NCBI GenBank assembly: GCA_021325455.1
Contig: JAJPHD010000001.1
Span: 28,306-92,305, forward strand
Length of the DNA stretch: 64,000 nt
Direction of reading: 5' to 3'
Origin: Actinomycetota bacterium
GTDB lineage: Bacteria > Actinomycetota > Acidimicrobiia > Acidimicrobiales > JAJPHD01
The translations under genes were made by a program, and so were the position numbers. Below, in pieces: positions 43,136-52,989 of this stretch. The notes under the pieces are model-generated. The model did no database searches. It was not told the origin of the DNA and saw only the letters and a list, made by a program, of their open reading frames with translations. Within the stretch, counting starts at the first letter, position 1; each line of letters begins with the position of its first letter.

Positions 43136-43429
43136 CTACTTGACCACCTTGGCCAGCACGTCCCGGCTGGAGAGGATGAGCAGGTCTTCGCCGTCGATGG
43201 TGATCTCGGTGCCGCCGTACTTGGAGTACACGACGGTGTCCCCCACGGCCACGTCCAGGGGGATCAGCTCACCGGTGTTGTCGGCCCGCCGGCCCGGTCC
43301 CACGGCCAGCACCTCGCCCTGCTGGGGCTTCTCCTTGGCCGTGTCGGGGATGACCAGTCCCGAGGCGGTGGTCTCCTCGGACTCGTTGGGACGAACCACG
43401 ATCCGGTCGTCGAGGGGCTTCAGGTTCAT
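43136..43429 (-). CDS. groS: Co-chaperonin GroES
   Basis: [36 protein letters not shown]. Confidence 0.97.
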   Translation of the reverse strand: MNLKPLDDRIVVRPNESEETTASGLVIPDTAKEKPQQGEVLAVGPGRRADNTGELIPLDVAVGDTVVYSKYGGTEITIDGEDLLILSSRDVLAKVVK

Positions 43430-43471
43430 CTGGTGGAACGCCTCCTTGGTCGCCGGCGCCACTCGGCGCCG

Positions 43472-43498
43472 TTAGCACTCTGACCTTGCGAGTGCTAA
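43472..43498. promoter_or_regulatory. CIRCE element (HrcA operator)
   Basis: Perfect TTAGCACTC-N9-GAGTGCTAA upstream of groES. Confidence 0.97.
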
Positions 43499-43575
43499 CG
43501 ATAGCGACCCTGCCCCCGGGAAGCAACCGCGACCGGGCCGAGGAGGGGGGGTACGGAGGGGGGCGGGAGGGGCCG

Positions 43576-44655
43576 TCAGCCGGCCAGGCAGAGGCCCATG
43601 GCCGGGTCGGCCCCGGTGTCGAGGGGGCTCGGGCCCTCCAGCTGGAGGCGCCACCAGCCGGCCGCGGCCACCATGGCGGCGTTGTCGGTGCACATGGCCC
43701 GGCTGGGAACGAAGGGCCTCAGGCCGTCGGCCTGGCAGGCCTCGAGGAACCTCTCCCGGAGCAGGGAGTTGGCTGCCACCCCTCCGGCGAGGCACAGGGC
43801 CTCGGCCCTCTCCTGCTTGGCCGCCCGCCTGGCCTTCTCCACCAGCACGTCCACCACGGCCTGCTGGAAGGAGGCGGCCACGTCGGCGGTGGAGACCTCG
43901 GGATGGGCCCGGACGTAGGTGATGACGGCGGTCTTGAGCCCGCTGAAGGAGAAGTCCCAGCCCCCCTCCATGAGGGCGCGGGGGAAGTCGATGGCTTCGG
44001 GGTCGCCCTCCATGGCGACCCGGTCTATGGCCGGGCCACCGGGGTACCCGAGGCCGAGGAAGCGGGCCACCTTGTCGAAGGCCTCGCCGGCCGCGTCGTC
44101 GAGGGTCTGGCCGAGCAGGCGGTAGCGGCCGTGCCCCTCCATCACCACCAGCATGGTGTGGCCCCCCGAGACGAGGAGGACCACGGTCGGGAACCGGAGG
44201 TCCGGGTCCTCGAGGGAGGCGGCGTAGAGGTGCGCCTCGAGGTGGTTCACGGCCACGAAGGGCACGTCCCACACCAGGGCCAGGGACTTGGCCGTGCTCA
44301 CGCCCACCAGGAGGGAGCCGATCAGGCCCGGGCCCACCGTGGCCGCTACGGCGGCCAGGTTCCGAGAGGGGTCCTCGCCCACCGGGGGGAGCCGGACGGT
44401 GGAGCCCCTCCTGGGCGGAGGCCTCACGTCCATCCCCGCCTCCACCAGGGCCTCGGCCACCACCGGGCTGAGCAGCTCCACATGGGCCCGGCCCGCCAGC
44501 TCGGGCACCACCCCGCCGAAGCGGGCGTGAAGGTCCACCTGGCTGCTCACCACCGAGGACAGGACCTGGCGCCCTCCCACCACCACCGCTGCCGCCGTCT
44601 CGTCACACGACGTCTCGATGCCGAGCACGGCCCGGGGGGCGGCCGCCTCTACCAC
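43576..44655 (-). CDS. tsaD: tRNA N6-adenosine threonylcarbamoyltransferase
   Basis: LGIETSCDET, GGVVPE, HLEAH, SGGHT, DDAAGEAFDK, TDNAAM. Confidence 0.95.
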   Translation of the reverse strand: MVEAAAPRAVLGIETSCDETAAAVVVGGRQVLSSVVSSQVDLHARFGGVVPELAGRAHVELLSPVVAEALVEAGMDVRPPPRRGSTVRLPPVGEDPSRNLAAVAATVGPGLIGSLLVGVSTAKSLALVWDVPFVAVNHLEAHLYAASLEDPDLRFPTVVLLVSGGHTMLVVMEGHGRYRLLGQTLDDAAGEAFDKVARFLGLGYPGGPAIDRVAMEGDPEAIDFPRALMEGGWDFSFSGLKTAVITYVRAHPEVSTADVAASFQQAVVDVLVEKARRAAKQERAEALCLAGGVAANSLLRERFLEACQADGLRPFVPSRAMCTDNAAMVAAAGWWRLQLEGPSPLDTGADPAMGLCLAG

Positions 44656-45233
44656 CGCGACCTCTCCACGATCGTGAGGCCCCCAACGGCCTCCTCTATG
44701 CGTGCCAGGCGCCGCTCGTAGGCGGGCGAGCAGATGTCTTCGGCCGTCATGATGATCGCGTCCTCGTTCGTCTCCGTGTAGTAGTTGCGCCGGATGCCCA
44801 CCGGCACGAACCCGAACTCCCTGTAGAGGGCCTGGGCCCCCAGGTTGCTCACCCGGACCTCGAGGGTGAGGACCCGGCACTGGCGGGCCCGGGCCAGTCG
44901 GGCCATGTTGAGGAGCAGGCGGGTCCCGACCTTGCGCCGGTGCCATGCCGGGTCCACCGCCACCGTGGTCACGTGGGCCTCGTCCCCGCTGAACATGAGG
45001 CCGCTGTAGCCGACCACGGTCCCTCCCACCTTGGCCACCTGGTAGGCCCGGGCCGACCTGAGGGCCAGCTCGCTCATGAACAGGCCGACGGACCACGGCC
45101 GGGGGTACACCTGGGCCTCGATCCGCAGCACGGCCCGCAGATGTCGGCGGCGCATGGGGGCCAGGTGCACGGTGGCGGGGCCGGGGGCCTCCCCGGGCTC
45201 GGGCCTGTCGAGGTTGAGGTCGCGGGCCGCCAC
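44649..45233 (-). CDS. rimI: Ribosomal-protein alanine N-acetyltransferase
   Basis: PRPWS, LEVRVSN, GIRRNYY, EDAIIM. Confidence 0.92.
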   Translation of the reverse strand: MAARDLNLDRPEPGEAPGPATVHLAPMRRRHLRAVLRIEAQVYPRPWSVGLFMSELALRSARAYQVAKVGGTVVGYSGLMFSGDEAHVTTVAVDPAWHRRKVGTRLLLNMARLARARQCRVLTLEVRVSNLGAQALYREFGFVPVGIRRNYYTETNEDAIIMTAEDICSPAYERRLARIEEAVGGLTIVERSRW

Positions 45234-45235
45234 CT

Positions 45236-45988
45236 CTATCTCCGGTCCGATCCGCTCACCCCGACCTCACCGCCTCCGGCGGGTCCCGGGACGACCTGGT
45301 GGCGGCGCTCCCAGTTGATCTCGGCGTCCGCCCGCCGGAGGTAGAGGACCTCTATCTCCGAGGGCTGGACGAACTCCTCCCGGAGGGCCCGGGGCTGGGC
45401 CAGCTCGACCAGGGAGGCTGCCGAGGGATAGGCCGTGCCCGCCGTGCCCAGGGTCACCCGTCTCTCGGAGGACAGGAGGTCCGCGTACCTGAGGGCCCCG
45501 TCCCCCACGGCCAGGCACCACTCGCTCCTGGCCGCCAGCTCTGCGGCCAGCTCGGCCGGCCCGCCCAGCCGGTAGGGGCCGAGGCGCTGAGCTCCCCCCG
45601 GCACCTGGCGGTAGAAGGCCGAGTAGACCTCGCCCTTGCGGGCATCGATGATGGGCACGATGAGCCGATCGGTGTAGCGGACCCGGAAGGCCAGGAGGTC
45701 GAGGCTGGAAAGGGCGATCATCGGTACCCGAAGGGCCTGGGCGGTGGCCTTGGCCGCTGCCACCCCCACCCGCAGCCCGGTGAACAGCCCGGGCCCCACG
45801 TCAACGGCCACCGCGCTCACCTCGGCCAGCTCGACCCGGGCCTGGCGGCAGGCGAAGTCGATGGCGGGGGTCAGCACCTCGGCGTGGCGCCTCCCCCTGG
45901 CGACGTGCACCGAAGCCAGCACGCCCTCCTGGCCGCCGAGGGCCACCCCCACCTGCTGGGTGGCGGTCTCTATGCCGAGGATGATCAA
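45236..45988 (-). CDS. tsaB: t6A biosynthesis protein TsaB
   Basis: ILGIETAT, GPGLFTGLRVG, DARKGEVY. Confidence 0.93.
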   Translation of the reverse strand: MIILGIETATQQVGVALGGQEGVLASVHVARGRRHAEVLTPAIDFACRQARVELAEVSAVAVDVGPGLFTGLRVGVAAAKATAQALRVPMIALSSLDLLAFRVRYTDRLIVPIIDARKGEVYSAFYRQVPGGAQRLGPYRLGGPAELAAELAARSEWCLAVGDGALRYADLLSSERRVTLGTAGTAYPSAASLVELAQPRALREEFVQPSEIEVLYLRRADAEINWERRHQVVPGPAGGGEVGVSGSDRR

Positions 45989-46488
45989 GCCCCTGCCTCC
46001 CCGGGCAGGGGGGAGCGGGACCGCCACCGCTCCAGGGACAGCTCGATGGAGGGCCACCGGGCCGACCAGCGCCGGCCCACGGGCCGGAGGGCGATGCTGC
46101 GCTCGTCGCCGTTGGCGTGCTCCAGCCTCACCTCCAGGAACTCCGGCGCCAGCACGGGGGCGGCCACGTCCCCCCACTCGATCAGGGCCACCCCGCCCTC
46201 GTCCAGGAGCTCGGGCAGCCCCAGGTCCACGATCTCCTGGAGGTGGTCCAGGCGGTACACGTCGGCATGGAGGAGGGCCAGGCGGCCCCGGTACGACCTC
46301 ACCAGGATGAAGGTGGGGCTCGTTATGGGCTCCCGCACCCCCAGGCCCCAGCCGAACCCCTGGGCGAAGGTCGTCTTGCCCGATCCCAGGTCCCCCACCA
46401 GCAGCACCACGTCACCCGGCTCGGCCAGCCCGGCCATGGTCCCCGCCAGCTCCCGGGTGTCCTCCGCCGACTTGGTCAACAGCTGCAT
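45985..46488 (-). CDS. tsaE: t6A biosynthesis ATPase TsaE
   Basis: GDLGSGKTT, SPTF, HADVYRL, IEWG. Confidence 0.93.
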   Translation of the reverse strand: MQLLTKSAEDTRELAGTMAGLAEPGDVVLLVGDLGSGKTTFAQGFGWGLGVREPITSPTFILVRSYRGRLALLHADVYRLDHLQEIVDLGLPELLDEGGVALIEWGDVAAPVLAPEFLEVRLEHANGDERSIALRPVGRRWSARWPSIELSLERWRSRSPLPGEAGA

Positions 46489-47108
46489 CACGCCGGCACA
46501 CCGGGGAACAGGGTGGGGGCCGGGACCGTGGGCGGGGCCGGGCTGGCGGGGCGAGGGGCGTTCAGGGCCCGCTTGGCCCGTACCAGGTCGGCCCTCATCT
46601 TGGCCACCACCTCGTCGCCTCCCCTCAGGGCGGCGGCGGGGTGGAAGGTGGGCACCAGGGTGCCGCCCCGGTAGGGGTAGGTCCGGCCTCTCAGCCTGGT
46701 GATGCCGTCGGTGGTGTCGAGGAGCACCTGGCTGGCGAACTTGCCCAGGGTCACGATCACCCGGGGGGAGATCAGGTCGACCTGGGACTCGAGGTAGGGG
46801 CGGCAGGCGGCGATCTCCTCCGGGCGGGGGTCCCGGTTGCCGGGAGGGCGGCACTTGACGACATTGGCGATGTAGAGCTCCGAGCGGCGCAGCCCCATCT
46901 CCTCGCCCACCAGCCGGTCCAACAGCTTGCCCGAGCGCCCCACGAACGGCTCGCCGGCGAGGTCCTCGTCCCGCCCCGGCCCCTCCCCCACGAGCATCAG
47001 GTCGGCATGGGGGTCCCCCACCCCGAACACGACCTTGGTGCGGCCCGACGCCAGCGGGCAACGGGTGCAGGCCTTGGCCTCCACCTCCAGCTCAGCCAAC
47101 GTTGCCAC
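46488..47108 (-). CDS. Uracil-DNA glycosylase, family 4
   Basis: [26 protein letters not shown]. Confidence 0.93.
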   Translation of the reverse strand: MATLAELEVEAKACTRCPLASGRTKVVFGVGDPHADLMLVGEGPGRDEDLAGEPFVGRSGKLLDRLVGEEMGLRRSELYIANVVKCRPPGNRDPRPEEIAACRPYLESQVDLISPRVIVTLGKFASQVLLDTTDGITRLRGRTYPYRGGTLVPTFHPAAALRGGDEVVAKMRADLVRAKRALNAPRPASPAPPTVPAPTLFPGVPA

Positions 47109-47139
47109 CGGGCCAGCCTACTCCGGGCGCCAGGGGCCG

Positions 47140-48507
47140 ATGCACGAGAGGGCACGGCCGGCCGGGCTCCCCCGCCAGGGGCCATTAGCCTCGGCCCCCG
47201 TGAGCTGGCGGGTGGCGGCGCTGGCGGGCGCACTGGCCCTGGCAGGAGCGGGCTGCACCTCGCTGGCCCTGGGCGAGCCGGCGGGACCCTCGGTCCCGCC
47301 CCGGAGGGCGACCCCCTCGGTCCGCACACCGTCGAGGACCAAGGTGGGCCCCACCAAGGTGGGGGCAACGGTGGCGACCCAGCCGGTGGCGAGCGCCCGG
47401 CCCCGCCTCCGTGCCCTCCCCCCGAGGCAGGCCCGGGCGGGAGCGCGCTCGTGCCCCGCCCGCCTGTACGGCGAGATGTCACCGGCCCAGAGGGTGGGGC
47501 AGCTGTTCCTGATCGGGCTGTCCAGCAGCCAACCCGTGTCAGGGGACGACGCTGTCATCCGGGCCGTCCACGTGGGGGGGGTGCTGCTCGACGGCCCCGG
47601 CTGGGACGGCGCTGCCCGCGTCGGGCGGGCGGCCCACCACCTCCAGGAGGTCGGGTCCCCCGCTGCCAGGGGAGTGGGGCTGTGGGTGGCGGGCAACCAG
47701 GAGGGGGGCGCCCAGGGGAGCCTCCAGGCCTTCTACGGACCCGGGTTCTCCCCCATCCCCCCGGGCATCGCCCAGGGTCAGCTAGCCCCCGCCGTGCTGG
47801 CCCGCGACGCCCGGGCCTGGGGCCAGCAGCTCAAGGAGGCCGGGGTGAACCTGAACCTGGCCCCCGTGGCCGATGTGGTGCCTGCGGCCAGCGCCCAGAG
47901 CAATGGCGCCATCGGCCGCTACGGCCGGGAGCTCGGCCACGACCCTGCGGAGGTGGCGAGCCATGTCCGGGCCCTGGTCCGGGGCCTGCTGGCCTCGGGG
48001 GTGCAGCCCACCCTCAAGCACTTCCCGGGCCTCGGGCGGGTGCCGGCCAACACCGACACCAGTGCCCAGGGCATATCCGACCCGGCCATGACCGCCCATG
48101 ACCCCGATCTCGAACCCTTCAGGGCCGGCATCGGGGCCGGCGCCCCGGCGGTCATGGTGTCGCTGGCCCGCTACCCCCGCCTCGATCCCCGCCGCCAGGC
48201 CGTCTTCTCGCCCGCCATCATCACCGGCCTCCTCCGCCGCCGCCTGGGCTTCCAGGGGATGATCGTCTCCGACGACCTCGGCTCGGCCCTGGCGGTGGCG
48301 GGCCTCTCCCCTGCCCGCCGGGCGGTGGAGTTCGTCGCCGCCGGGGGCGATGTCGTCCTCACCTCCTCACCGGCCGACGCCTCGGTGATGGAGAGCGCCC
48401 TGCTCCGCTTCGCCTCCCACCACCCCGGGTTCGCCCGCGTGATGGAGGACGCCGTGCGCCACGTCCTGGCGGCCAAGGAGCGGGCTCACCTCCTGCCCTG
48501 CCGCTGA
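47140..48507 (+). CDS. Glycoside hydrolase family 3 N-terminal domain protein, probable lipoprotein
   Basis: Lipobox-like [30 protein letters not shown]. Start uncertain (47140 or 47200). Confidence 0.85.
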   Translation: MHERARPAGLPRQGPLASAPVSWRVAALAGALALAGAGCTSLALGEPAGPSVPPRRATPSVRTPSRTKVGPTKVGATVATQPVASARPRLRALPPRQARAGARSCPARLYGEMSPAQRVGQLFLIGLSSSQPVSGDDAVIRAVHVGGVLLDGPGWDGAARVGRAAHHLQEVGSPAARGVGLWVAGNQEGGAQGSLQAFYGPGFSPIPPGIAQGQLAPAVLARDARAWGQQLKEAGVNLNLAPVADVVPAASAQSNGAIGRYGRELGHDPAEVASHVRALVRGLLASGVQPTLKHFPGLGRVPANTDTSAQGISDPAMTAHDPDLEPFRAGIGAGAPAVMVSLARYPRLDPRRQAVFSPAIITGLLRRRLGFQGMIVSDDLGSALAVAGLSPARRAVEFVAAGGDVVLTSSPADASVMESALLRFASHHPGFARVMEDAVRHVLAAKERAHLLPCR

Positions 48508-49685
48508 CGGGGCGGGGCCTCGCCCGCCCCTGGCTCCCGGCCCTCCCGGCGCCCGTCCGGCACGGGCACCCTCGGCACCCGGGGCCCTATCCCGCACAGG
48601 ATCTCGTAGCTGATGGTGCCAGTGGCCCGGGCCCAATCGTCGGCCGTGATGGTCTCGGCCCCCTGCCGGCCGAGCAGCACCACCTCGTCGCCAACGGCCA
48701 CGTCTCCTTCCGGCCCACAGTCCAACAGGAGCTGGTCCATGGTCACGGTGCCCGCCAGGGTCCTCCTCCGCCCCCTGATGAGGGCCCCGGGCCCCCCCAC
48801 CGGCAACAGCCGGGGGACCCCGTCGGCGTAGCCGAGGGGAACGGTGGCCACCCACGAGCGCCGGGGCAGGGGCCACCTGCGCCCGTAGGAGACCCGCTCG
48901 CCGGCGGGCAGCTCCCTCACCATGGACACCCGGGCCCGCAGCGACAGGACCGGGCTCAGCGGCACCGTCCCCGCCAGCTCGGGAGCCGGGTGGTAGCCGT
49001 AGAGGGAGATCCCGCAGCGCACCATCTCATACCGGGAAGCGGGATGTCCCATGGCGCCCGCCGAGTTGGCGGCATGGACCAGGGGCGGCTCCACCCCCGC
49101 CGCCCGGAGCCTGGCCCTCACCTCCTCGAAGCGGCGCAGCTGCTCGGCGGTGAAGGGGTCCTCCACCTGGTCAGCCACGGCCAGGTGGGTCCACAGTCCC
49201 TCCAGGCGGAGGCTCGACTCCACCTGCACGGCCATGGCCACGTCCATGACCCGTTCCGGGTCGGCACCCACGCGGTGCATCCCGGTGTCCACCTTGAGGT
49301 GCACGGGGAGCGGGGACCGCCCTCTCGCCCGGGCTGCGGCGGCTACTGCTGCCACCGTCTCCACCCGGTACACGGTGGGGGTGAGGCCCCACTCCACCAC
49401 CGCAGCCATGGCCCTTGGCACCGGCTCGGAGAGGACGAGGATGGGAGCCTCCAGCCCGCCCTCCCGCAGCTCGATCCCCTCCTCGGGGAGGGCCACGGCC
49501 AGGAAGGAGGCCCCGGCCCCGAGGGCCGCCCGGGCCACCTCGAGCGCTCCGTGGCCGTAGGCGTCGGCCTTCACCACGGCGCAGAGGCGCGCCGGGGCCA
49601 CCAGCCGGCACATGCTGGCAACGTTGGACCGCAGCAGGTCCAGGTCCACCTCGGCCCAGGCCGGTCGCAGGTATCCCTCAGCCAC
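48486..49685 (-). CDS. alr: Alanine racemase
   Basis: [40 protein letters not shown]. Confidence 0.95.
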   Translation of the reverse strand: MAEGYLRPAWAEVDLDLLRSNVASMCRLVAPARLCAVVKADAYGHGALEVARAALGAGASFLAVALPEEGIELREGGLEAPILVLSEPVPRAMAAVVEWGLTPTVYRVETVAAVAAAARARGRSPLPVHLKVDTGMHRVGADPERVMDVAMAVQVESSLRLEGLWTHLAVADQVEDPFTAEQLRRFEEVRARLRAAGVEPPLVHAANSAGAMGHPASRYEMVRCGISLYGYHPAPELAGTVPLSPVLSLRARVSMVRELPAGERVSYGRRWPLPRRSWVATVPLGYADGVPRLLPVGGPGALIRGRRRTLAGTVTMDQLLLDCGPEGDVAVGDEVVLLGRQGAETITADDWARATGTISYEILCGIGPRVPRVPVPDGRREGREPGAGEAPPRQRQGRR

Positions 49686-51075
49686 CGCCGGCGACCGATG
49701 ACAGGTAGGCAGACGCCAGGTCGATGAGGTCCCCCGCCACCAGGCCCCGGGGCGGGCCCCACGAGGCTGCCCGCCCGTGGGCATGGGCCGCCCAGCCGGC
49801 AGCCTCCAGGGGGCCAAGCCCCATGGCCAGGAAGGCTCCGATCATCCCCGAGAGCACATCCCCGGTGCCCGCCGTGGCCAGGCGGGAGGAGCCGGCTGCG
49901 GCCACCAGCGCCCTCCCGCCGGGATCGGCCACCACGGTGGTGGACCCCTTGAGGAGCACGGTCGCCCCTGAGGTCCTCGACAGGCCCCGGGCCGCCGCCA
50001 GCCGGTCCGCTCCCGGGGGTGAGCCGGCCAGGCGGGCGAACTCGCCGGCATGGGGGGTGAGCACCACGCCGGGACGACCCGCCGCCCGGCGGGCGCGGAC
50101 CACCTCGGCCACCGCGGCTGCCGGCCCGAGGACGTTGAGGCCGTCGGCGTCCACCACCACGGGCACCGGAGCCTCTGCCACCAACCGGCGGACGGCCCCT
50201 GCCACCTCGTCAGAGCGGCCCAGCCCGGGTCCCACCACCAGGGCGTGGCACCTCTCGGCCCCGGCCAGCACCTCGCCGGCCCACCCCGATCGGGGGAGGG
50301 CCTGGGCCACCACCTCGTTGGCGGGCAGGTCCCCCGGTGAGGCGCCGGGGACACCGAGGCGGACCATGCCCGCCCCCGCCCGCATGGCCGCCCGCGAGCA
50401 GAGGGAGGCAGACCCCATCATCCCCGGTGAGCCAGCCGCCACGTAGAGGGCCGTCTGCCACTTGTGGGCCTCCCGGGCACGGGCGGGAAGGCAGGCCAGG
50501 TCGAGGTCCTCGACCAGATGGGCCTGGGCCCCGCTCACGTCCAGGCCGATGTCGGCCACCTCCACCCGGCCCGAGAGCTCGGGCCCCCGCCCCAGGAGCA
50601 GGCCCGGCTTCCAGGCGGCGAAGGTGACGGTCGCCGTGGCCCTCACCGCCCCTTCGCCCGCCTCGCCCGTGTCGCCCAGCACCCCCGAGGGGATGTCGAC
50701 GGCCAGCACCGGGACCCCCGGGGGCGGCTCGGGCGCCACGTAATCGCCCTTGAAGCCGGTCCCGTAGGCAGCGTCCACCACCAGGTCGCACCCGGGCAGG
50801 CGGCGTGGCTCGGTGGCGCCCCGGCCCGGGGCGGGCACCACCTCCACCCTGGCCCCCCTCCTCCGGAGCCGTTGGGCCGCCACCCGGCCGTCGTCCCCGT
50901 TGTGCCCGGGACCGGCCACCACCACCACCCGGCGCCCGTAGGACCCGCCCAGGAGCTGCAGGGCGGCGCGGGCCACGGCGGCACCCGCCCTCTGCACGAG
51001 GGTCTCCAGGCCCACCCGCCTTTGGGCCTCGGCGTCGAGCGCCTTCATCTCCTCCACCGTCGTTACGGCCCGCAC
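49678..51075 (-). CDS. nnr: Bifunctional NAD(P)HX epimerase/dehydratase
   Basis: GPGHNGDDG, DIPSG, VDADGL, TPHAGEF, ATAGTGDVL. Confidence 0.93.
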   Translation of the reverse strand: MRAVTTVEEMKALDAEAQRRVGLETLVQRAGAAVARAALQLLGGSYGRRVVVVAGPGHNGDDGRVAAQRLRRRGARVEVVPAPGRGATEPRRLPGCDLVVDAAYGTGFKGDYVAPEPPPGVPVLAVDIPSGVLGDTGEAGEGAVRATATVTFAAWKPGLLLGRGPELSGRVEVADIGLDVSGAQAHLVEDLDLACLPARAREAHKWQTALYVAAGSPGMMGSASLCSRAAMRAGAGMVRLGVPGASPGDLPANEVVAQALPRSGWAGEVLAGAERCHALVVGPGLGRSDEVAGAVRRLVAEAPVPVVVDADGLNVLGPAAAVAEVVRARRAAGRPGVVLTPHAGEFARLAGSPPGADRLAAARGLSRTSGATVLLKGSTTVVADPGGRALVAAAGSSRLATAGTGDVLSGMIGAFLAMGLGPLEAAGWAAHAHGRAASWGPPRGLVAGDLIDLASAYLSSVAGGG

Positions 51076-51485
51076 CGGTCCTCCCCGCTCTTGGCCGCCA
51101 CCACCGCCACGGCCAGGTGCTCGGTGTGGGTGAGCGACAGGGCCCAGGCCCTGAGGCCCCTGTCGCCCGCCAGCCTGGCAGCCCTGCCCGCCAGCACCAG
51201 GCCGGGTTCGCCGCTCGGCCGGCGAACCACCTCCAGGTCGGCGAAGGCCACCGCACCCAGTCCCACGCCCAACGCCTTCATGGCGGCCTCCTTGGCCGCA
51301 AGACGAGCCGCCAGGTGGGGGACCGGATCGGCGAAGCGCCCGGCGTAGCCCCGCTCGCCGGCGGTGAACACCCGCTCGGTCACGCCCGGCCGGCGAGCCA
51401 GTACCCGGCGGAGACGGGGGATCTCGACAGCGTCGATCCCCACAGCCAGCCCCGAGGACTCGCCCTGCCCGGCCACGGCCTCCAC
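51063..51485 (-). CDS. acpS: Holo-ACP synthase
   Basis: VGIDAV, AARLAAKEAAMKALG, LSLTH. GTG lies 7 nt after TAGCCT. Confidence 0.9.
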   Translation of the reverse strand: MEAVAGQGESSGLAVGIDAVEIPRLRRVLARRPGVTERVFTAGERGYAGRFADPVPHLAARLAAKEAAMKALGVGLGAVAFADLEVVRRPSGEPGLVLAGRAARLAGDRGLRAWALSLTHTEHLAVAVVAAKSGEDRCGP

Positions 51486-51659
51486 GCCGGCCAGGCTAGA
51501 CAACCGGCCGCCCCCCACGGTCGTGACCGGGCCGGCGGGAGAGGGCCGGCGTGGCCGCCGGGCCGGTGCCGGTGGGGTGCCCGGGCCAGCAGGCGCACCC
51601 TGCCGGGTGCCGCTGGGGCCGGCCGGCCCGCCTGCTCGGAGCAGGCCAGGAGCCCTTGT

Positions 51660-51730
51660 TGCAAACGTTCTCTAAAGCAGACGCAGGCGTGGCTCGCATG
51701 CCTTGCCGATCCGTATGCAATCGCTAGCAT
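51660..51730 (+). promoter_or_regulatory. Promoter with two putative LacI-family operators
   Basis: TGCAAACGTTCTCT (51660-51673) and ATGCAATCGCTAGCAT (51715-51730) are CG-centred imperfect palindromes. -35 TTGCCG (51703-51708), -10 TAGCAT (51725-51730). Confidence 0.6.
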
Positions 51731-51736
51731 TGGCGC

Positions 51737-52987
51737 ATGCTCTCGGCCTCGAACCAACTCTTGCCGGCCCCGGGGCGGATGGCGGTCGACTTCGAGGAGC
51801 GGGTCGACTTCACCCGGCTGCACCGCTACCGCCTGGAACGGGCCCGAGCGGCGCTGGAGGCCTCCGGGCTCGGTGCCCTCCTGTGCTTCGACATGAACAA
51901 CATCCGCTACCTCACCTCCACCCACATAGGGGAATGGGCCCGGGACAAGGTCTGCCGCTACGCCCTCCTGACCAGGGGCGGGGAGCCGACGCTGTGGGAC
52001 TTCGGGTCGGCAGCCAAGCACCACCGCCTGCACGCCCCCTGGCTGGCCCCGGAGCGCTGCCTGGCCGGGATGGTGGGCCTGCGCGGCTCGGTGGCCCCCG
52101 AGGCGGGCCTGCTGGACCGGGCCGCCGCCGAGCTGGCCGGGCTGCTCGCCGACGCCGGCGTGGCCGGTATGCCGCTGGGCGTGGACATCGCCGAGCCGAC
52201 CATGATCTTCGCCCTCCAGGAGGCCGGCGTGGAGGTCCGCGACGGCCAGCAGGTCATGCTGGACGCCCGCCAGATCAAGTCCGGAGACGAGATCACCCTG
52301 CTCTCCATGTCGGCCGCCATGGTCGACGGCGCCTACCAGCGCATCGCCGAGGTGCTGAAGCCCGGCATCCGGGAGAACGAGATCGTGGCCGAAGTCAACA
52401 AGGTCCTCTACGACATGGGCTCCGACGACGTGGAGGCCGTCAACGCCGTTTCCGGGGAGCGCTGCAGCCCCCATCCCCACGTCTTCTCCGACCGCCTGAT
52501 CCGCCCGGGAGACCAGGCCTTCTTCGACATCATCCAGGCCTACAACGGCTACCGCACCTGCTACTACCGCACCTTCAACGTGGGGCGGGCCACGCCGGCC
52601 CAGCGCGACGCCTACACGCGGGCCCGGGAGTGGATCGACGCCGCCATCGACCTGGTGAAGCCGGGGGTGACCACCGACACCATCGCCCGGGTGTGGCCCC
52701 GAGCCGAGGAGTTCGGCTTCGAGTCCGAGATGGAGGCCTTCGGCCTCCAGTTCGGCCACGGCCTGGGCCTGGCCCTCCACGAGCGACCCATCATCAGCAG
52801 GCTCAACTCCTTGGACCACCCCGTGGAGCTCCACGAGGGAATGGTCTTCGCCCTGGAGACCTACTGCCCCGCTGCTGACGGCTACTCGGCGGCCCGCATC
52901 GAGGAGGAGGTGGTGGTCACCGCCAGCGGGGCCCAGGTGATCACCCTGTTCCCGGCCGACGAGCTGTTCGTCGCCAACCCCTACTAG
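51737..52987 (+). CDS. M24-family (Xaa-Pro peptidase/creatinase/DddP-like) enzyme
   Basis: FDMNNIRYLT creatinase N-domain, GHGLGLALHE, FALETY, RIEEEV. Confidence 0.88.
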   Translation: MLSASNQLLPAPGRMAVDFEERVDFTRLHRYRLERARAALEASGLGALLCFDMNNIRYLTSTHIGEWARDKVCRYALLTRGGEPTLWDFGSAAKHHRLHAPWLAPERCLAGMVGLRGSVAPEAGLLDRAAAELAGLLADAGVAGMPLGVDIAEPTMIFALQEAGVEVRDGQQVMLDARQIKSGDEITLLSMSAAMVDGAYQRIAEVLKPGIRENEIVAEVNKVLYDMGSDDVEAVNAVSGERCSPHPHVFSDRLIRPGDQAFFDIIQAYNGYRTCYYRTFNVGRATPAQRDAYTRAREWIDAAIDLVKPGVTTDTIARVWPRAEEFGFESEMEAFGLQFGHGLGLALHERPIISRLNSLDHPVELHEGMVFALETYCPAADGYSAARIEEEVVVTASGAQVITLFPADELFVANPY

Positions 52988-52989
52988 CC

